DNA of 64,000 nt. Origin: Phoronis australis. Its lineage: Eukaryota > Animalia > Phoronida. The translations under genes were made by a program, and so were the position numbers. Numbering within the stretch: the first letter of the stretch is position 1; each line of letters opens with the position of its first letter. The notes under the pieces are model-generated. The model had not been told where the DNA came from, made no database searches, and saw only the letters and a list, made by a program, of their open reading frames with translations. This document shows, in pieces, positions 13,115 through 28,100 of this stretch. Location of the stretch: NCBI GenBank assembly GCA_002633005.1, contig NMRA01000236.1:91907-155906 (forward strand), given 5' to 3'.

Positions 13115-16100
13115 TTATAACTCCTCATTATGCGTTGTTGTAGGGTCCACTGTGGTGCTCTCTGTCGCCTCTGTAATGAGAGTTAAAATGAAATAAACAG
13201 TTATTTATAATGATTACAACAAGACCCAAAGTTACAGGATTAATAATAATAATAATAATAATAATAACAATAATGATGATGGTAACAATAATCATAATGT
13301 ACCATTATTTGTAAAGCGCTATGCACATTAAGTTGCTAGACCAGAATTTGGTGAATAGGACCACCGATATGAACAAAGAGCTCTGATTTGAGTAAAAAAT
13401 ACCCAATGTCACATCTTGCAATCTCTAACAATAATAGAGTAATAAAGGAAAAATTTAATGGGTGTCCTCAGAAAAGTCAGAAACATTGTAAATCAAATGT
13501 CAATAACCTCAACATGTTTGTACCTGTGGAAAAAATACAGCTTTGTGAAAACTAGTACAATTTTTACCAGTTTCATCTCCAAACAATCCACAAATAATTG
13601 AAAATGGCAAGTGCACTATGGAGCAAAACCCTCACTACAGGCCCTTGCAGCATGATCTAGCAATCGAAGCCATGATTTTTACAACAGGAGGCAGCAGCTG
13701 TATCATAAGGCAACACTGTTCCCACAAGTGACATATAAACAACATGGCAGTAGCTCGTTAACTTAAGACACCATGTTGTTCAAATGTCAGACGACATCAA
13801 ACAATGATAGCAACACCATTTCAATACAATAAAACTTAGAAAAACATAAGAGATTGAAGACAATCTTTCCATGTGTAGATGCTCAGACAGTTTCTAAAAA
13901 CCAGGCATGTGAACGTTTGAGGCACCACAAGTCATCAGACCGACAGCACTTTTTTTAAAAACAACTCGAGTGCAGTCATATCAAAAATCGTTGACAGTCT
14001 ACAGGGTGTGGAGAATTAAGTGCATTCTATATTGTTCTGTTAACAAGACAACACAACACAACTAATTAGTATTCTACAGTCACTGACACAATAATGACCT
14101 CACCTTGATCACTACCCAACTCTAACACGGTTTCCTCTTCCTCTGCAGGCTCTTTTGAAGATTTCTTTGACGATTCCCCTTTTTCTTCAGTTGGTGGGGG
14201 AGGTACATTAAACTCTTCTACAATGAACATAAAACAACCCATTCATCAATACCATGTCAATAGGGGGCGCCTGAGGATGTTGATATGGCTCCTGAGGATA
14301 CCTGCTGTGCATTTATCTCATTTCCAATTCCATGTTTCCAGTCACAGACAACTTTCTAAATTTTTGCATTCCAACAGCATCATTAAAAAAGACACTGTGT
14401 TCTCTCAATCAAATCCATGCATTCATATACAAATGAAAAGTTATCCCACGGTGGAAAGTCACAAATGTTATAAGCTGAATGAAAGCACCAGGGTAAACAC
14501 TGCCATGTAATCACTAGATGCTTCTGTGAACATTGCAGAACAGTTCACAAGCCATGTAATCATTTGATACTTCTCTGAACATTAGAGCACAGATCACAGT
14601 CAATCAGAACAGCCCGTTTGTCAGAAACATCGAACAGAAACAACTTGCGACCTCATTATTACAACAAAGAGCATCATAGCACGTGACAACTTGCAAACTG
14701 ACAATCGTCCAAACTCTCACCTATCCTCACACCCTCATCGCCAGACTTGGTCTCATTACTCGCCGTCTTCGTCTCATTCAATGGTGTCGTCTCCGTCCCA
14801 TTGACCGACGTCTTCACTTCATCCGTAGCATTCTCCGCCTTGGGCTTTGGTTTGGGTCTGAATGTCTTGGCCTTGTTCAGCAGGTAGTTGACCTCTCTGT
14901 CTAGCTCCCTCATCTTGTCAACGACGGCCTGTACCAGTAATACTGGCTTCTGGGTGAGTGGCAGGGCCTTCTGTTCCTTCTCCATCTTCTTCTTCCAGCT
15001 CTGTCAACGATTAATTTAATCACATGATTATCAAACAAAGACATGCTGTCAAGAGTTTAAAGTTATAATTACAGTGTGTTAAAGCTCTTAACTCTGCAAA
15101 GTTGTAGCAATATTGATGTCAGATAATGTGTTAATAATGGTTCCTAATGGCCACTTATCTGAAAAAAAGAATTGTAAGTGTTTACGAAAATGTAACACAG
15201 ATTACGAAACAACAGATAAAGGTGCAAAACTATGCACCCTAATGTCAACAGCTGACCAAAGCAGCACAGGGTGTGACAATGATACATCTCTTGACAATGA
15301 GACTCCTTTAAAGCAATGTAACACCTTGATTACAAATACGGACCAGGGCTTAGCCATAGACACAACGGATGCCTTTAACACTTCATATTTAATATAAAAA
15401 CTAACCAAAAAATGTTTTAGCCGATTTCGGATTAACAGATATTCAAGTGGACATAAACCCTCGTTCTTCCCAGGAAGTCAACTTTTGATTCAGGCCACTT
15501 TCCGCAATGAAACTGGGTCTCAACTTGTGATTTATGTGTTTGCAAAGAACTGTCAGCTCAATATTGCGTGAGATGATGCCCTGCACACGACATGCCTTGA
15601 CAAGCCAACGTGTAGAGCCTGGTGTCAAACAAACTGTCAGTTCTTTTGTAGCCTTGAAATCACCCCCAATTTCACTACGAAACAATCTGAGACCAATTTC
15701 ATACCAGTAGGTGATCTAAATCTTAAGATGGTCCCTTAACGTGAAAGGTGTGTTCATAACCAACTACACGAAGGTCACTTAAACCTTTGAACACTCATTA
15801 CAAAGACCACAAACTGACAGTTGTGCAGAAAGACAACTTAATGACAATGAAATGGTTCATGTGTCAAATGTTTTATACACTGCAGTCCATACGTATTCAG
15901 ACAACATAATTTAGAATTCCTTGTCATGACATCTGGCCAGAAGCTGAATTCATCGTCAGAATGGTTTCCTCTTGTGACTTACCACAGAACAGTTAGTGCG
16001 GTAGGCAAAACATTCTGTAACCATTTTTTTCTGAATAACAATTACCACAAGTCACTTCCATATTTATCTGAATTAGTTCTACAAACTACCAATAACTATC

Positions 16101-19100
16101 CTCTAAATAACATCTCCTCCCTGCAGTTGTTCTACAAACTACCAATAACTATCCTCTAAATAACATCTCCTCCCTGCAGTAGTTCTACATATAACCAATA
16201 ACTATCCTCTAAATAACATCTCCTCCCTGCAGTAGTTCTACATATAACCAATAGCTATCCTCTAAATAACATCTCTTCCCTGCAGTAGTTCTACAAACAA
16301 CCAATAACTATCCTCTAAATAACATCTCCTCCCTGCAGTAGTTCTACAAACAACCAATAACTATCCTCTAAATAACATCTCCTCCCTGTTCTAGTTGTTA
16401 CCTTAGTATCATTGACCAGTTTACCAAGGGTCTCCATCTCAACTTGTGTAAATGGCTGGTCCTCGCCGGTGAAGTTGGCCATATTGCGGTAGAAGTGCGA
16501 CGAGTAGTTTAGCATCTGCTTCAGCTGCTCCAACACCTTGGGACGCTCCTCTAGTTCATGGACACGCTGGAAGAGGTCACCAGTTGCTGTCTTCAGCTCT
16601 TTCAGCTTCTGCTGGTATGGCTGAAAGGAAATGGTTTGATTCAGTATGGCTATCAGATCACCAGTCACAAAAGAGTACTAGACGCAGCTACTTCATTTAA
16701 CAAAAATATTCTTTCAAATGTAAAGACGTTTGGAAAAAATATCAAATGCTAAGTATAATTAATTTAAAAAATCATGCCCAATGTAACGACACCATTTGAA
16801 AGTTGCACTTCCACACAATACTATATGACATTTTAAAAAAATCACTGAAGGAATAAAAACAATTTTCCCTGGCATGATGGTTTTAGCTAAGCATTCTACG
16901 TTTGTTGTAGACATACATACCTCTGGTCCAGCAGAATCATCCTGCTCATACTGCCAGTCAGAGGCTGCGGTCAGCTGTTCACCAATCTTCTCACGTTCCT
17001 CCTCCGTTGAGCAAGTCTCAAAGTCGTCCTCATACAGCTTGGACTGCGTGTCAAAGATAAATGCCTCCAGACTATTCTTTGCCTTCTCTAGCTCAATTTT
17101 TTCTTCGTCACGCTTTTTCATCTTCTTCAACCTGAAACAGCATGAACCAGAATTTCAAACTAAATTTCAAAATTACAAAAATTGCCAAATAATAATAATT
17201 GAATGTAAGGCTAAGTTGTGTCAAATTCACAAAGTAATCACATGGTACACGGGATGTGTTACGTAATGCAAGGCCTCGCGAGAAATCTTTATAAATGGAT
17301 TAGACACCGCGAATTATCTCCCATAGTTCTACATTCCAGCTTGTTAACCAATCATTTCAGTGGGGGCCATTTTGCTAGTCTACGCTAGTAAGGCCTGGAG
17401 CGTACTCGACAAAGACTTGCCTCTCATTTGCATGGTCTGACGTCATCTTGACAAACTAACAAGTGAAAGTGTGCAACACAAGCCTGCTTAGCAATAAGCC
17501 TTCAATAGTGCTTCATGCCCATCAAGCATAGCAACTGTACTTGGAGTTCAAGAGTCTTTCTACTGCTCAGTCTACACAGGCAATATTGGTAGATCATAAT
17601 TTACAAAAAAGACTTATCATATACAAATTAATATCGACCATCTCTACAAAATCATATGATATAAATGGTTGAATTCAGTGGATATAATTTTACATGCAGG
17701 GTTTATCACCAATCATGATATTTCATAAAATTTCACTGCGCAATGATAAACAATCAAGAGGTTTTCCATGAATACTACAGTGAAAGACGATGACCCTGAT
17801 AAAAATTCATATCAACCAAAATATGGATGTACACAAAATTAGTGAAGAAGACGAACATGTATATGGAAGTTTCAAATTAATGTAGGACCTCCAGATAATC
17901 CTATTTCCTCTAATCCTAAAACTTACAACTTCACAGAGGCCTTCACAATATCCTCGGAGGGGTCCTGCAGATCCTTCAATGACACCTCAGTTTTAATCTC
18001 TTCCTTAATCAACACAGGCTTTGGAGGTTTCTTTTCTGTCTGAAATGAACAAGCATAGCGTGAACTTTGGAATATCTTCTAATGAACATGCAAAACCTAC
18101 GCTATGTGGTGGGCACAGTATAACCACAACCTCAGCTTATGTTGCTGAAGCAAATGATCACTGCTATGCTAGGTAAATGTTTTTACAAGGAATTAATTTT
18201 ATTGCTGATAGATGATCAATTGCACAAATCAAAAATGCATCACAGCTTTTTGAGTATGGTAGGCAAGTGTGTGTGCGTGTATTACTATCTGAGAATGGTA
18301 GGCAAGTCTGTAGGTGTGTATTACTATCTGAGTATGGTAGGCAAGTGTGTGTGTGTGTGTGTGTGTATTACTATCTGAGTATGGTAGGCAAGTCTGTAGG
18401 TGTGTATTACTATCTGAGTATGGTAGGCAAGTCTGTAGGTGTGCATTACTATCTAAGTATCAAGGTACCTAAACTACATGGTCAATGAACTCATAAACAC
18501 TGGCACGGACGCATGAACACGACTCACGGACCTGCAAACACCGTCCACTGACTCACAAACACGGGAACGGACTCACAAAACACGATCCACGCACCCAAAT
18601 ACACGGGACACGGACTCATATTCACGAGGAAACACGGTTANTTCATTTTTTCCGTGACCCGTGTTTGGCGGTCCGTTAACCGTGTTTCCTCGTGAATATG
18701 AGTCTGTGTCGCGTGTATTTGGGTGCGTGGATCGTGTTTTGTGAGTCCGTTCCCGTGTTTGTGAGTCAGTGGACGGTGTTTGCAGGTCCGTGAGTCGTGT
18801 TTATGAGTCCGTTGACCGTGTAGTTTAGGTACCTTGAGTGTGGTAGGCAAGTCTGTGGGTGTGTATTACTATCTGAGTATGGTAGGCAGGTCTGTGGGTG
18901 TGTGTGTACTTAGGCAAATATCTACAAAACCAGTCAACAAAAGTGTGTTTTGCTTGAAAGTAAAAAGTCTGTAGAATTTGATTTTTGACTTTATATCAAC
19001 CTGATATTAATTGAGTTATGTGGCTGTGTACATAGTAACATTTTGGAAAAAAAGAGTTACATTCACAACAAAACAAACAGTATCAACAACATGACCAATT

Positions 19101-22100
19101 TTTGTGTGATATAGATGTTCAAGATGAAATGGTAAAAATGGTGTAACAGTTTTTAAATTATCGTTTCATTTTTGTTTTAAGAAAGTGTTGAATTTGTCCA
19201 TGAAAATTTACCTTTTGACAGCCTCTCAGCATAAGTGGAACAGTATTTTGGAGAACAGTACAAAAAGCATGCTATGTGAACATTATAAATGCATCCAAAC
19301 AGCCATTTCTGAGGTATTAAGTTTTTAATTTGGCCAAATACAGACCTTTTTCTAAGGTCCTACATAACCTTAAAAACTACAATCTACCCTATCATCGACT
19401 TACTGTGGTGTTTGTGGCAGTGGTATTAAACTCAGTGGCATTCCCTGTGGGCTTCTCAGGCTCAGTCTTGTTCTGGGATTTCTCAGCATCGACTTCCTCC
19501 TGAGATAAATGAAAGTACATCACTGAGAATGAACTAAATCATCAGCTACGACACACCAGCAGGTAACCATCACACAACTGGTTCAGTTTGAGGAATCTTA
19601 CCTGATGTCAACCGCACACGTCATGAAATTCGTATACTACCTAGTAAACAAAAACTTCCAGATGTCCAAATAGCAATAAATACATGAATGTGTTGGCAAA
19701 AATCAAAAACAATAACAGCAAATTTAGTAATTGTGCATGTAATCCCTTTCTACAAAGCAGACGATCACAAAGAACAAGAACATACAATGAAATGCACTTC
19801 AGTCATTACTATGCACACTTTCAATAGCCTTTAAGCACATCCACAAAAACTGCAAAAATACACACACAGGCTCACTATCAACCAGCCAACCAACCTTTTT
19901 CGACTCAGTCTTAGACTTATCTCCCTCAGACTTATCTCCCCCTGATTCACTTTGCAGTTTCTCACTAGGTGTCTCCTCAGGTTTGTCAGAGGGAGGTTCA
20001 GCCTTATCGCCAGTTGACTCGCCCTTATCAGCCGTGCTCTAGTTAGCGTTTCGAGAAAAAGAGGGAAACTTACAACACAACAGAAAGAGCACAACATAAA
20101 TCAATAAGCAATTAAACTAATATCTTAAGCCGCAACAAACCTGTGTTCCGTCAAAGAAACTAAATTTTAATTTAGATCACCATCTAATTGGTCTCAATTT
20201 ATTGATGAAAAGTGACTTTTGGTTTTGTAAAGAAATGACAGTTCGTTATCGGTTAAGACCATGCTTTGCAAATAGTGACACACTGCGACAGTTCCTTCCA
20301 CTCGTGCTAATTGCATCTATTTTGACAAACAATTTGAGACCATCAATCCCAAAGTGGGTTCTTCTGCCAGATTTATAGCTGCTCCATGCCATTATAAATC
20401 TTCCTTCCACCAAAGAAACTAACTTGATCAGAGCAGTTACCGCTATGAAACGGATCCTAACTCAAATGACGCAATATTTCTGGACTTTGGAAGAAGGGGG
20501 ACATTTTTAAGATAAAGTGATCCGCTGTGACCAATCAACATAATGAGGCTGGACTCAAGGAATAAGAAACTGTCACATCTTCACAAGTTCATATATCACA
20601 TCTAATCTGAGTCATGAAGAAGTAAAGACAAAGGATGGATGGATTAAATCAGAACTTCTTAGATGGAAAACAGGTTTATAGTAGCTTTAAAAAGCTAGGT
20701 AAGTACGCAGAACCAATTACAGCCAATTCTCAAAGAGACTGAACTAATTAGCTATTTCTCAATTTCACCAACAACCAATTCCGACAAGATGTATTTTCAC
20801 AAATTACAATGTTATTAAAAATCACATTGAAAAAGTCACTATCAATAATTTGAGGCATTGCATTGAGCCCAAAACTGTGCTCAAAATCCACTTTTGTTCT
20901 AAAAATGATTCAGAATTTTGAAATCTACTTATGTCCAAAAATCACAGGACTTTTGTTCAAACAATAAAAGGCAGAGCAGGTATTGAAACAGAAATGAAAG
21001 TCTTACTACAAATTTCAAATGTTTTAACTGCTCTTTAGACTGGACACAGTTACTAACAATCCTGCAGAGCTAGTGTAACCCATGACAAAAAGCGTAACTC
21101 CAGAAATGTTTAGGTGACATCATTCATCCTTTTGTTTTAATTCCATACTTGCAGCATTACATGTAAATGCAAGGGAAGTATCATAGACATATGACACACT
21201 GTTCCACCAAACAATACCAATGACAAGATGAAGAATGAACATTTACACATTCCAAGGATGAATCAATCCATGGTATAATTCAAGAGGACTGCCATCTGTC
21301 AAGCACCATCAAGATTACTTACTCTCAACCAAGGCATCTAAATGTGTTAAGGGAGGAGGTTACATGCTAGGTGATTAAAACAACAACAAAATAAAGCCAA
21401 ACAATACAACTAATTTTGAAGAGTTGACATGTTAAAGGATTACAATGACTACGACACAGGTGATCACAGTAATTGTGCTGACGTGTTCCCTCCATAAACC
21501 AATTGCTGATTCCACTGACAAAACTTACCCACAGCACGTGCAACATTTACCACAGTCATGAGAATGATGTTGCGTGATACAAAAGCATTCAGATTCTGCA
21601 GCATTTGAACAAATTACAGTTGCACTAGCCAGGGACACATCAAGACAAATATTGTGACCTGGATCTAAAGTATGTTGTCCTGAAGAGGGCAGATATATCC
21701 CTACTTACCTCTGAGGTGTCTGATTTCTCACCATCTTTGGAGGCCTCATCCTTGGAGGCCTCATCCTTGGAAGCTTCGTCCTTGTTTCCTCCTTTGGCAT
21801 CAGAAGAACCAGAGAAAAAGTTTGAGATTGTATCTCCTAGTTCTGCAAATGAGAGTAGCAAACTATGAGCTTGGGGGTGTGTTTATTAAAGATTGAAGTC
21901 CGGACATTTTTAACGAAGTCGTGTATCAAAATTTTATAGGCCGTAAAGTTCATTAACATGGTTTATGAGGTGGTCACATTAAAATAGCAATGTTTCCCTC
22001 TAGGAAAACAGGCAGCTATGCCGTGGGAACATCGTGCCTATGTCTGCCTAGGTTACAACTTTTAACTATACAAAACCGGTCCCAGACGGATCTTTATGCC

Positions 22101-25100
22101 ATAAATATCATAATTGTCAATGGTTGGCAATGTGGAATTTGTTTTCAAAAACGCTACATCCACGTATTGTACAAAATCATAATTTCATTTTCCATTGTTA
22201 TCTATAACATATCTTAAAACACGTCATTTATGTGCCAAGTACGCAACTTCCTGTGGATGACTCATCGATTTCAATTACATGGCAAATTTTTATTGGCCAT
22301 TTCCAGTCCTTTTGATTCTCAACACTTTTTAGTAGCTTAAACGATGGATTTTCCTTCAGACAGTAGAGAATGTGTTTTCAAAGTACTTATGGTGGCTGAA
22401 CTCTGAATCAAACCCCAGCACCCATTCAAAACCCGAAAATAAATTTTGCATTTATTAGAACTTTTAACCACTTTTAATTCAAGTGTAAACCGAGCACATA
22501 ACTGAGCTGAAGTGGAATGGCACAAACTGCACATTCATTTTGTGTTAGAATAGAACTGTATATGTTGACTCAAATAAAGCTTTCTACTGTTAAAGTCTCA
22601 TGCTTACAATTTCCACAGTTACCAATTGTCACGCTTAACTTTCCATAGTTACCAATTGAAATTATACTCACTAGTTAATGTGGACTTTTCTTCTTTCTCA
22701 TCTTCAGGGGCTGGAGCCTTTTCAAACACGGACTCCACCTGAATATTACAAACAGGTCACTCAAAATTTAACCTCATGTGACTTAAAGGAAAACACAGAA
22801 ACACAGGGCATATTCTACACAACTCCTAGAATCAGTTGACAACGCAATATAAAACCCAACAGAAAGCAAACATCGGAAATTTTCTAGTACCAGTAACATC
22901 AAGTCACAATGAATTTGTGCATATGGCGAATGGTAGAATTAGTAAAAGAGGTAAATTTTAAATGTTTTAGGGCAGGTACAAGCCAAAAAATGCACCCACA
23001 TGCTTTTTTCAGAAACACATGGGCGCTTATACACGCAATGAAAAATTCGTCACCAAAACAGAAACTTATTACCACAACAACTGGCAACTTAAAGTGAACC
23101 CAACAACCTTTTTATAAGCATCCTAAGCACAGAACTATTTTCCTTGCATGGTAAGAAGAGATCCAAAGCAGATCACAATATTCTTTCACTTAGTTGTCAC
23201 ATTCAATTCCACACATTCTTAGGTGCAAAACGTACCAAGTCCAGCTGCAGCATTCCACTCTCATCCATCCTAAAGTGTGCCTTGATCCCTTTAGCCTCTG
23301 TTGTTGGGCTGTGTTTATTGTGGGCTTCAGCCACCCCCGTCAGACTTACTGTGGTCAAGTTGAGTGAGCCAAATGACCTGAGGACACAACAGGATAAACC
23401 TTACTACTGTAGAAGTTTACTATTATCATCAAATTCCAATTGTATTTTATTTAAGAGTGACTAAATTGGAAGATTTACAAAACACTATGGAAATTCACCA
23501 CCTGAGCCCAGGGTCTAATCTTTTCACTCAAAATCAAAATATTTTTGGAATTTTCTAGTCTATTTTTGTGTGAAGTCAAGATCAGTGTCTATGATTCTAT
23601 GCTTGACTACATAATGGCTCACGTGAATAACTGTCTAGCCCTGGTTTGTAAATGATTACCACAGCATTAAGTCTGTGTCTGAACTCGAAATTTCAAGTTT
23701 TTACTCAAAATCTAGAGTTTTTATTCGAGATTGTAAGTGACTTGAATCTAAGGGTCATAAAGTGCAATCTAAGACCAAAAACTCGGATGCATAAACCTTA
23801 ATGTACTTGGCCACAGAAAAATAACACTTATCTTAAGTTTGCAAAAAAGTAGAAAAAGCCAGAAATAAATTTGAGTTTGATTTCCACAGGCCAGGTCCTG
23901 GTATCCTACTATATGTCACAAGAAGCCAACAATATGACATTGGTAGACTACGATCCTCTATTGCACATCAGTCAACATGGACTGTTCCCATAATAAAGCT
24001 GTTACATTCACGAGTCATGCATATTCACCAACAAATTTGTCACTAACATTGCCCAATTCATGCATACATTGTCCAGAGATGTACAATCTGCTGTGATCTA
24101 TCAGAGGTAAATCAGGGAGATAAGTCTCATTTATTTCCAACATATTGATTGTGTAGTAACACAAAGTACCATAAAAATTCTCCAGTTGAGACAGTGGAAA
24201 AATAAAAAATTTTGCTCAAGGTCATAATTTGAACGAATCTGAGAAATTCTCACTATTATGCATCTCAAAATCAAGGCCAACTGTTTTACTGATGTGTAAA
24301 TGATCAGCATTATTTTTTATGCACCAACAAATTTATTTTCAGACCCCGTAATGCAGAAACAAGCAAAATGTATGGGTTATTTACAATACATACGAGGAGG
24401 TAGTGTGGCCCGGTTGATAAGTGCCCGCTTTCTTTACTCGAGGTCGTAGGTTCGAGTCCCACCAGGTCACACTGCTAAACCCTTGAGCCAGGTTTCTAGC
24501 TCCTTAGCTCGGTTTCAACCATATATTAATAAAGCATAAAAATAGTTCCAGGTGATCAGTGCAATGGTGATCAGTGCAATGGGCCCACATGCGAGGCCTG
24601 CGCACGTCTGGTACAACGTGTATCNCACAAATTTGGCTGCAGAGCGGTAGTATTTGTCGCCGCGCTTAACAATAACACGAGCCGCCATTGAAAATCAGAC
24701 CACGCTTTACCCAGATGCCCCGGCAATGTTGACAATTTACGTTCCTCCGAAACATAAAGACTTCCGCTTTCCGAGGTGAACGTTGTCTGCAACGCCGCCG
24801 TAACAAAGGAATTTGCCGCGGAAATTTCATATCAAATCCGATTTTTTTACGCGGAAATATTATAAAAAAAGCGGAAAGCACATTTCAAAAAAGCGGAAAT
24901 CCGCGTTTCCGCGGAAAATTCCAAGCCCTGGGTACAACGTGTATCAGACCGCCTGCAATTGTATGATACATATTCTCTTAGTGTCACCTTTATTGTATAC
25001 ATTCAACAGACTCACAAATAGTGCAAACTAGCAACTAGGAGGACAAAGTCCTGCACAAACCTAATAAGGTCAAGCCAGAAAATTGGCTAAATATCATTTT

Positions 25101-28100
25101 CCAAACCACAACAAATGGAAATCCTTACTTGACATCAGTCTGAGAAAGGAAGCTCAGATCGCCGTAGTTGACTCGGAATGAAAAATCAGTCAGGTGGCGG
25201 TTGAACGTCATTACCTTCTTCTGAGGGTAGGGATTGTTGCGACCAAACAGGACACGTGACACTGGTTTAGTGACAGCAGCGCCTTGGTCATCCACCTTCT
25301 GTCGTTCAAAGTCGACCTGCAAAGCAATGGGAATAACTGTGACGAAGCATTGTAGTACACATTAGGAAATTACTTGTTAAATATCGATAGCAAAGGTATC
25401 GTGTTGATAAATCACAAAACTGACACTGTGAAATTCATACTTCCTGGATGAAACTCCAGTATATAGACAGCCAATGTTGTAATCTCTTTGGCATTTTCAC
25501 AAGGAAATGTATTCATCTAATTATCCCATAGACACTGATCACCAAATTACAGCGGCTATAAACCCCAAACCATGTAGATATTATGCTTGGTGCATAAAGT
25601 GAGACACTGTGACCAAGCTCAGAAATTACCACCAAGGAAGGATTTGAGACCAATTGCATGACGGTAAGTGGTTTAGACCAATCCTTGCCTTTTGTCATGG
25701 AAGTTGGGTTTATTGTGAATATTTGCTTTGATTCAGGAAATTGCAACCAGGCCCCCTTGCAACATCTTAAATATAATAGCACAAGGAATGGTTTTTCAAG
25801 AATAAGAAAGAAATCCTTAACATCTTCTGACATCATTGGTTTTATCATGCACTGTCGACACCAACAATTTGTTAAAGTTATCTCCAAAAATGCCCGAATG
25901 ACTACAGGAAAGGATTTCCTTAGCAGCGCCTAATGAATAGAATAAATAATCACAACTATTACTTGGTTACCTGAATAGGGTACATGTTGGCATCCTTGAC
26001 GTGGAACTTGAGCACTCTGAAGCCTGTACTTAGATGTGCTGCCTGGTACACACCCCCGAGCGCGGCCGCCTCATCTGTGTTGATACTCTTGCCCAGTTCT
26101 TCTCTGAAATACCAGTGACAAATTACTTTCAATCACTTTTATTCAGTTAGTAATCAGTCCTCTTGTAGTACCTATGTGGTGCTTAAGGTCTCCACAAGAG
26201 GACACCAAAGGTCCAGCAATTGATGGTATAGAGAATCCCACGTGAGGCCATGGTGATGCCTTTCATGTGCACTGAAGCCTCATCCCTTGTAGTCACACAC
26301 GTGAAGGTTTAAAACACCGATTGAAAAATAAAAATTAATAACGTTAGTCTGTTTATCCTCTAACGTGCTCTTAGGAAAGGTACAACGGCTGACAATAAGT
26401 CAACGAACAAACAAAAATTAATGTAACAACAGGGGATAATTGAAAGTATTAATTCTATCGACCAGACTTTCAATGCTTTTCAGTAAGTGATTTAGCCATT
26501 TAACAATGTATTACTATCATGGTGACATGCAATCTCAAATGTTTTTAATATTGTTGGTTAGCAGAATGGGGATATCCCAATAATCTAAAATTTAAGTAAA
26601 AAAATAGATGACTGGGTTGTGTCTCTCAAGTTGGCATTTGAGATACTTAGTTTACATAACACAACTAGCCGGCCGCAGACTGTGAATGCAAATGTACTGC
26701 CATGCCAGTTGCCAGCAATAGAGTTGAATGAGATAACTCTGCATTAAGATGTCCACCTACCTGCCAATGGCTTTCTTCAAACGCTCCTGTACTATAGGCG
26801 CGCGGGTGCCTGCACCCATCAGAATCACTTCGCTCACTTCATCCTGCACAACACACAACAATACTTTATAACACTTTGTAATGAATGCTCCATACAAGCT
26901 AACTCACACTATGGAACAAACGAAAACATCAAGTTCCAGCTTCAAAAACCAAATGAGTTAAAGCTGATTCCATGAGTTATGACATCATAAAAATCCAGTA
27001 AATCCACAACTCTTAGCGATCACCTTTAAGGCTCCATTTCGCCCTCTTTAGCTAAAAAAGACGAATACCAAGTTAGGCCTTTTACTCCTCATACAATCAC
27101 TCTCATATTCCCAACCGTGATACAATTTGTTACCAATTCACAATTTCTGGACTGGCCCACCCTAACAAAGTCTGAAAGATGCATGAGCTGTTGGTGGTTC
27201 TGATCCTCCTAATTGTAATGGAAATAGAATCCTATCACATTAACAAGTATAACGAGAGCAACTGTATGAGAGTGAAAGGTCCAATTCGATTTTCATTGCT
27301 TAGCCAGCTAAACAGGGTGAAATGCAGCATTAAATTAATTATAGGTTAATCATACCGTCTTTCCATTTACGATTAAACTTATTTTACTTCATGCCTTTTT
27401 CTTAAGCTGTAAATGTCAAGTTGCCGTTGTTGCCGATTGATAGCTATTATCTTAATTTTGCAGCAGAATGGTACATAACTTAAGCCAGACTATAGTTACT
27501 ACAAATCATTTCTGTGCTGAGTGAAGAACAAGATGAGGCCAGTTTCATAACAGTAAATGGCCTCAATGGTAAATTTACCATCGCCATGTGACAAGTTTTA
27601 GTACTAGTAAACAGCTTCAATGGTAAATTTACCATTGCCATGCGACAAGTTTTAGTACAATCGGCTTCAGAGTAAATTTACCATCACCATGCGACAAGTT
27701 TTAGTACAGTAAAACAACTTCAATGGTAAATTTACCATCGATATGTGACAAATTTTAGTACAGTAAAACAACTTCAATGGTAAATTTACCATCGTCATAT
27801 GAGCAGCTTTGAGAGCCTCAGCCACAGGGTTTCCGACTCTTGAGAAAATATCTTCACACATGGTCTCCAGTTCCTCCCTGGTCACTTTGGCACGGAAGTC
27901 AATCTCATCTAAGAGACCCTCGATCTGACAATGAACAAGAAACTTAGTTAAAACCGTTGTACCATTTTCAGGATTCACATGATAACTAAAATATTAAACT
28001 TAACTTCAAATCCCCAGTTAAGTGAAAGCAGAATATACAATATGTGAAAATCTTTACGATTACATTATAATTACAAAAGGCATGTCATTTCAACCAGAAT

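Noticed and set aside
24394-24475. Functional tRNA gene (also ~62560-62637)
   Set aside because: No good acceptor stem, and both copies continue into a shared non-tRNA body, as in SINEs.
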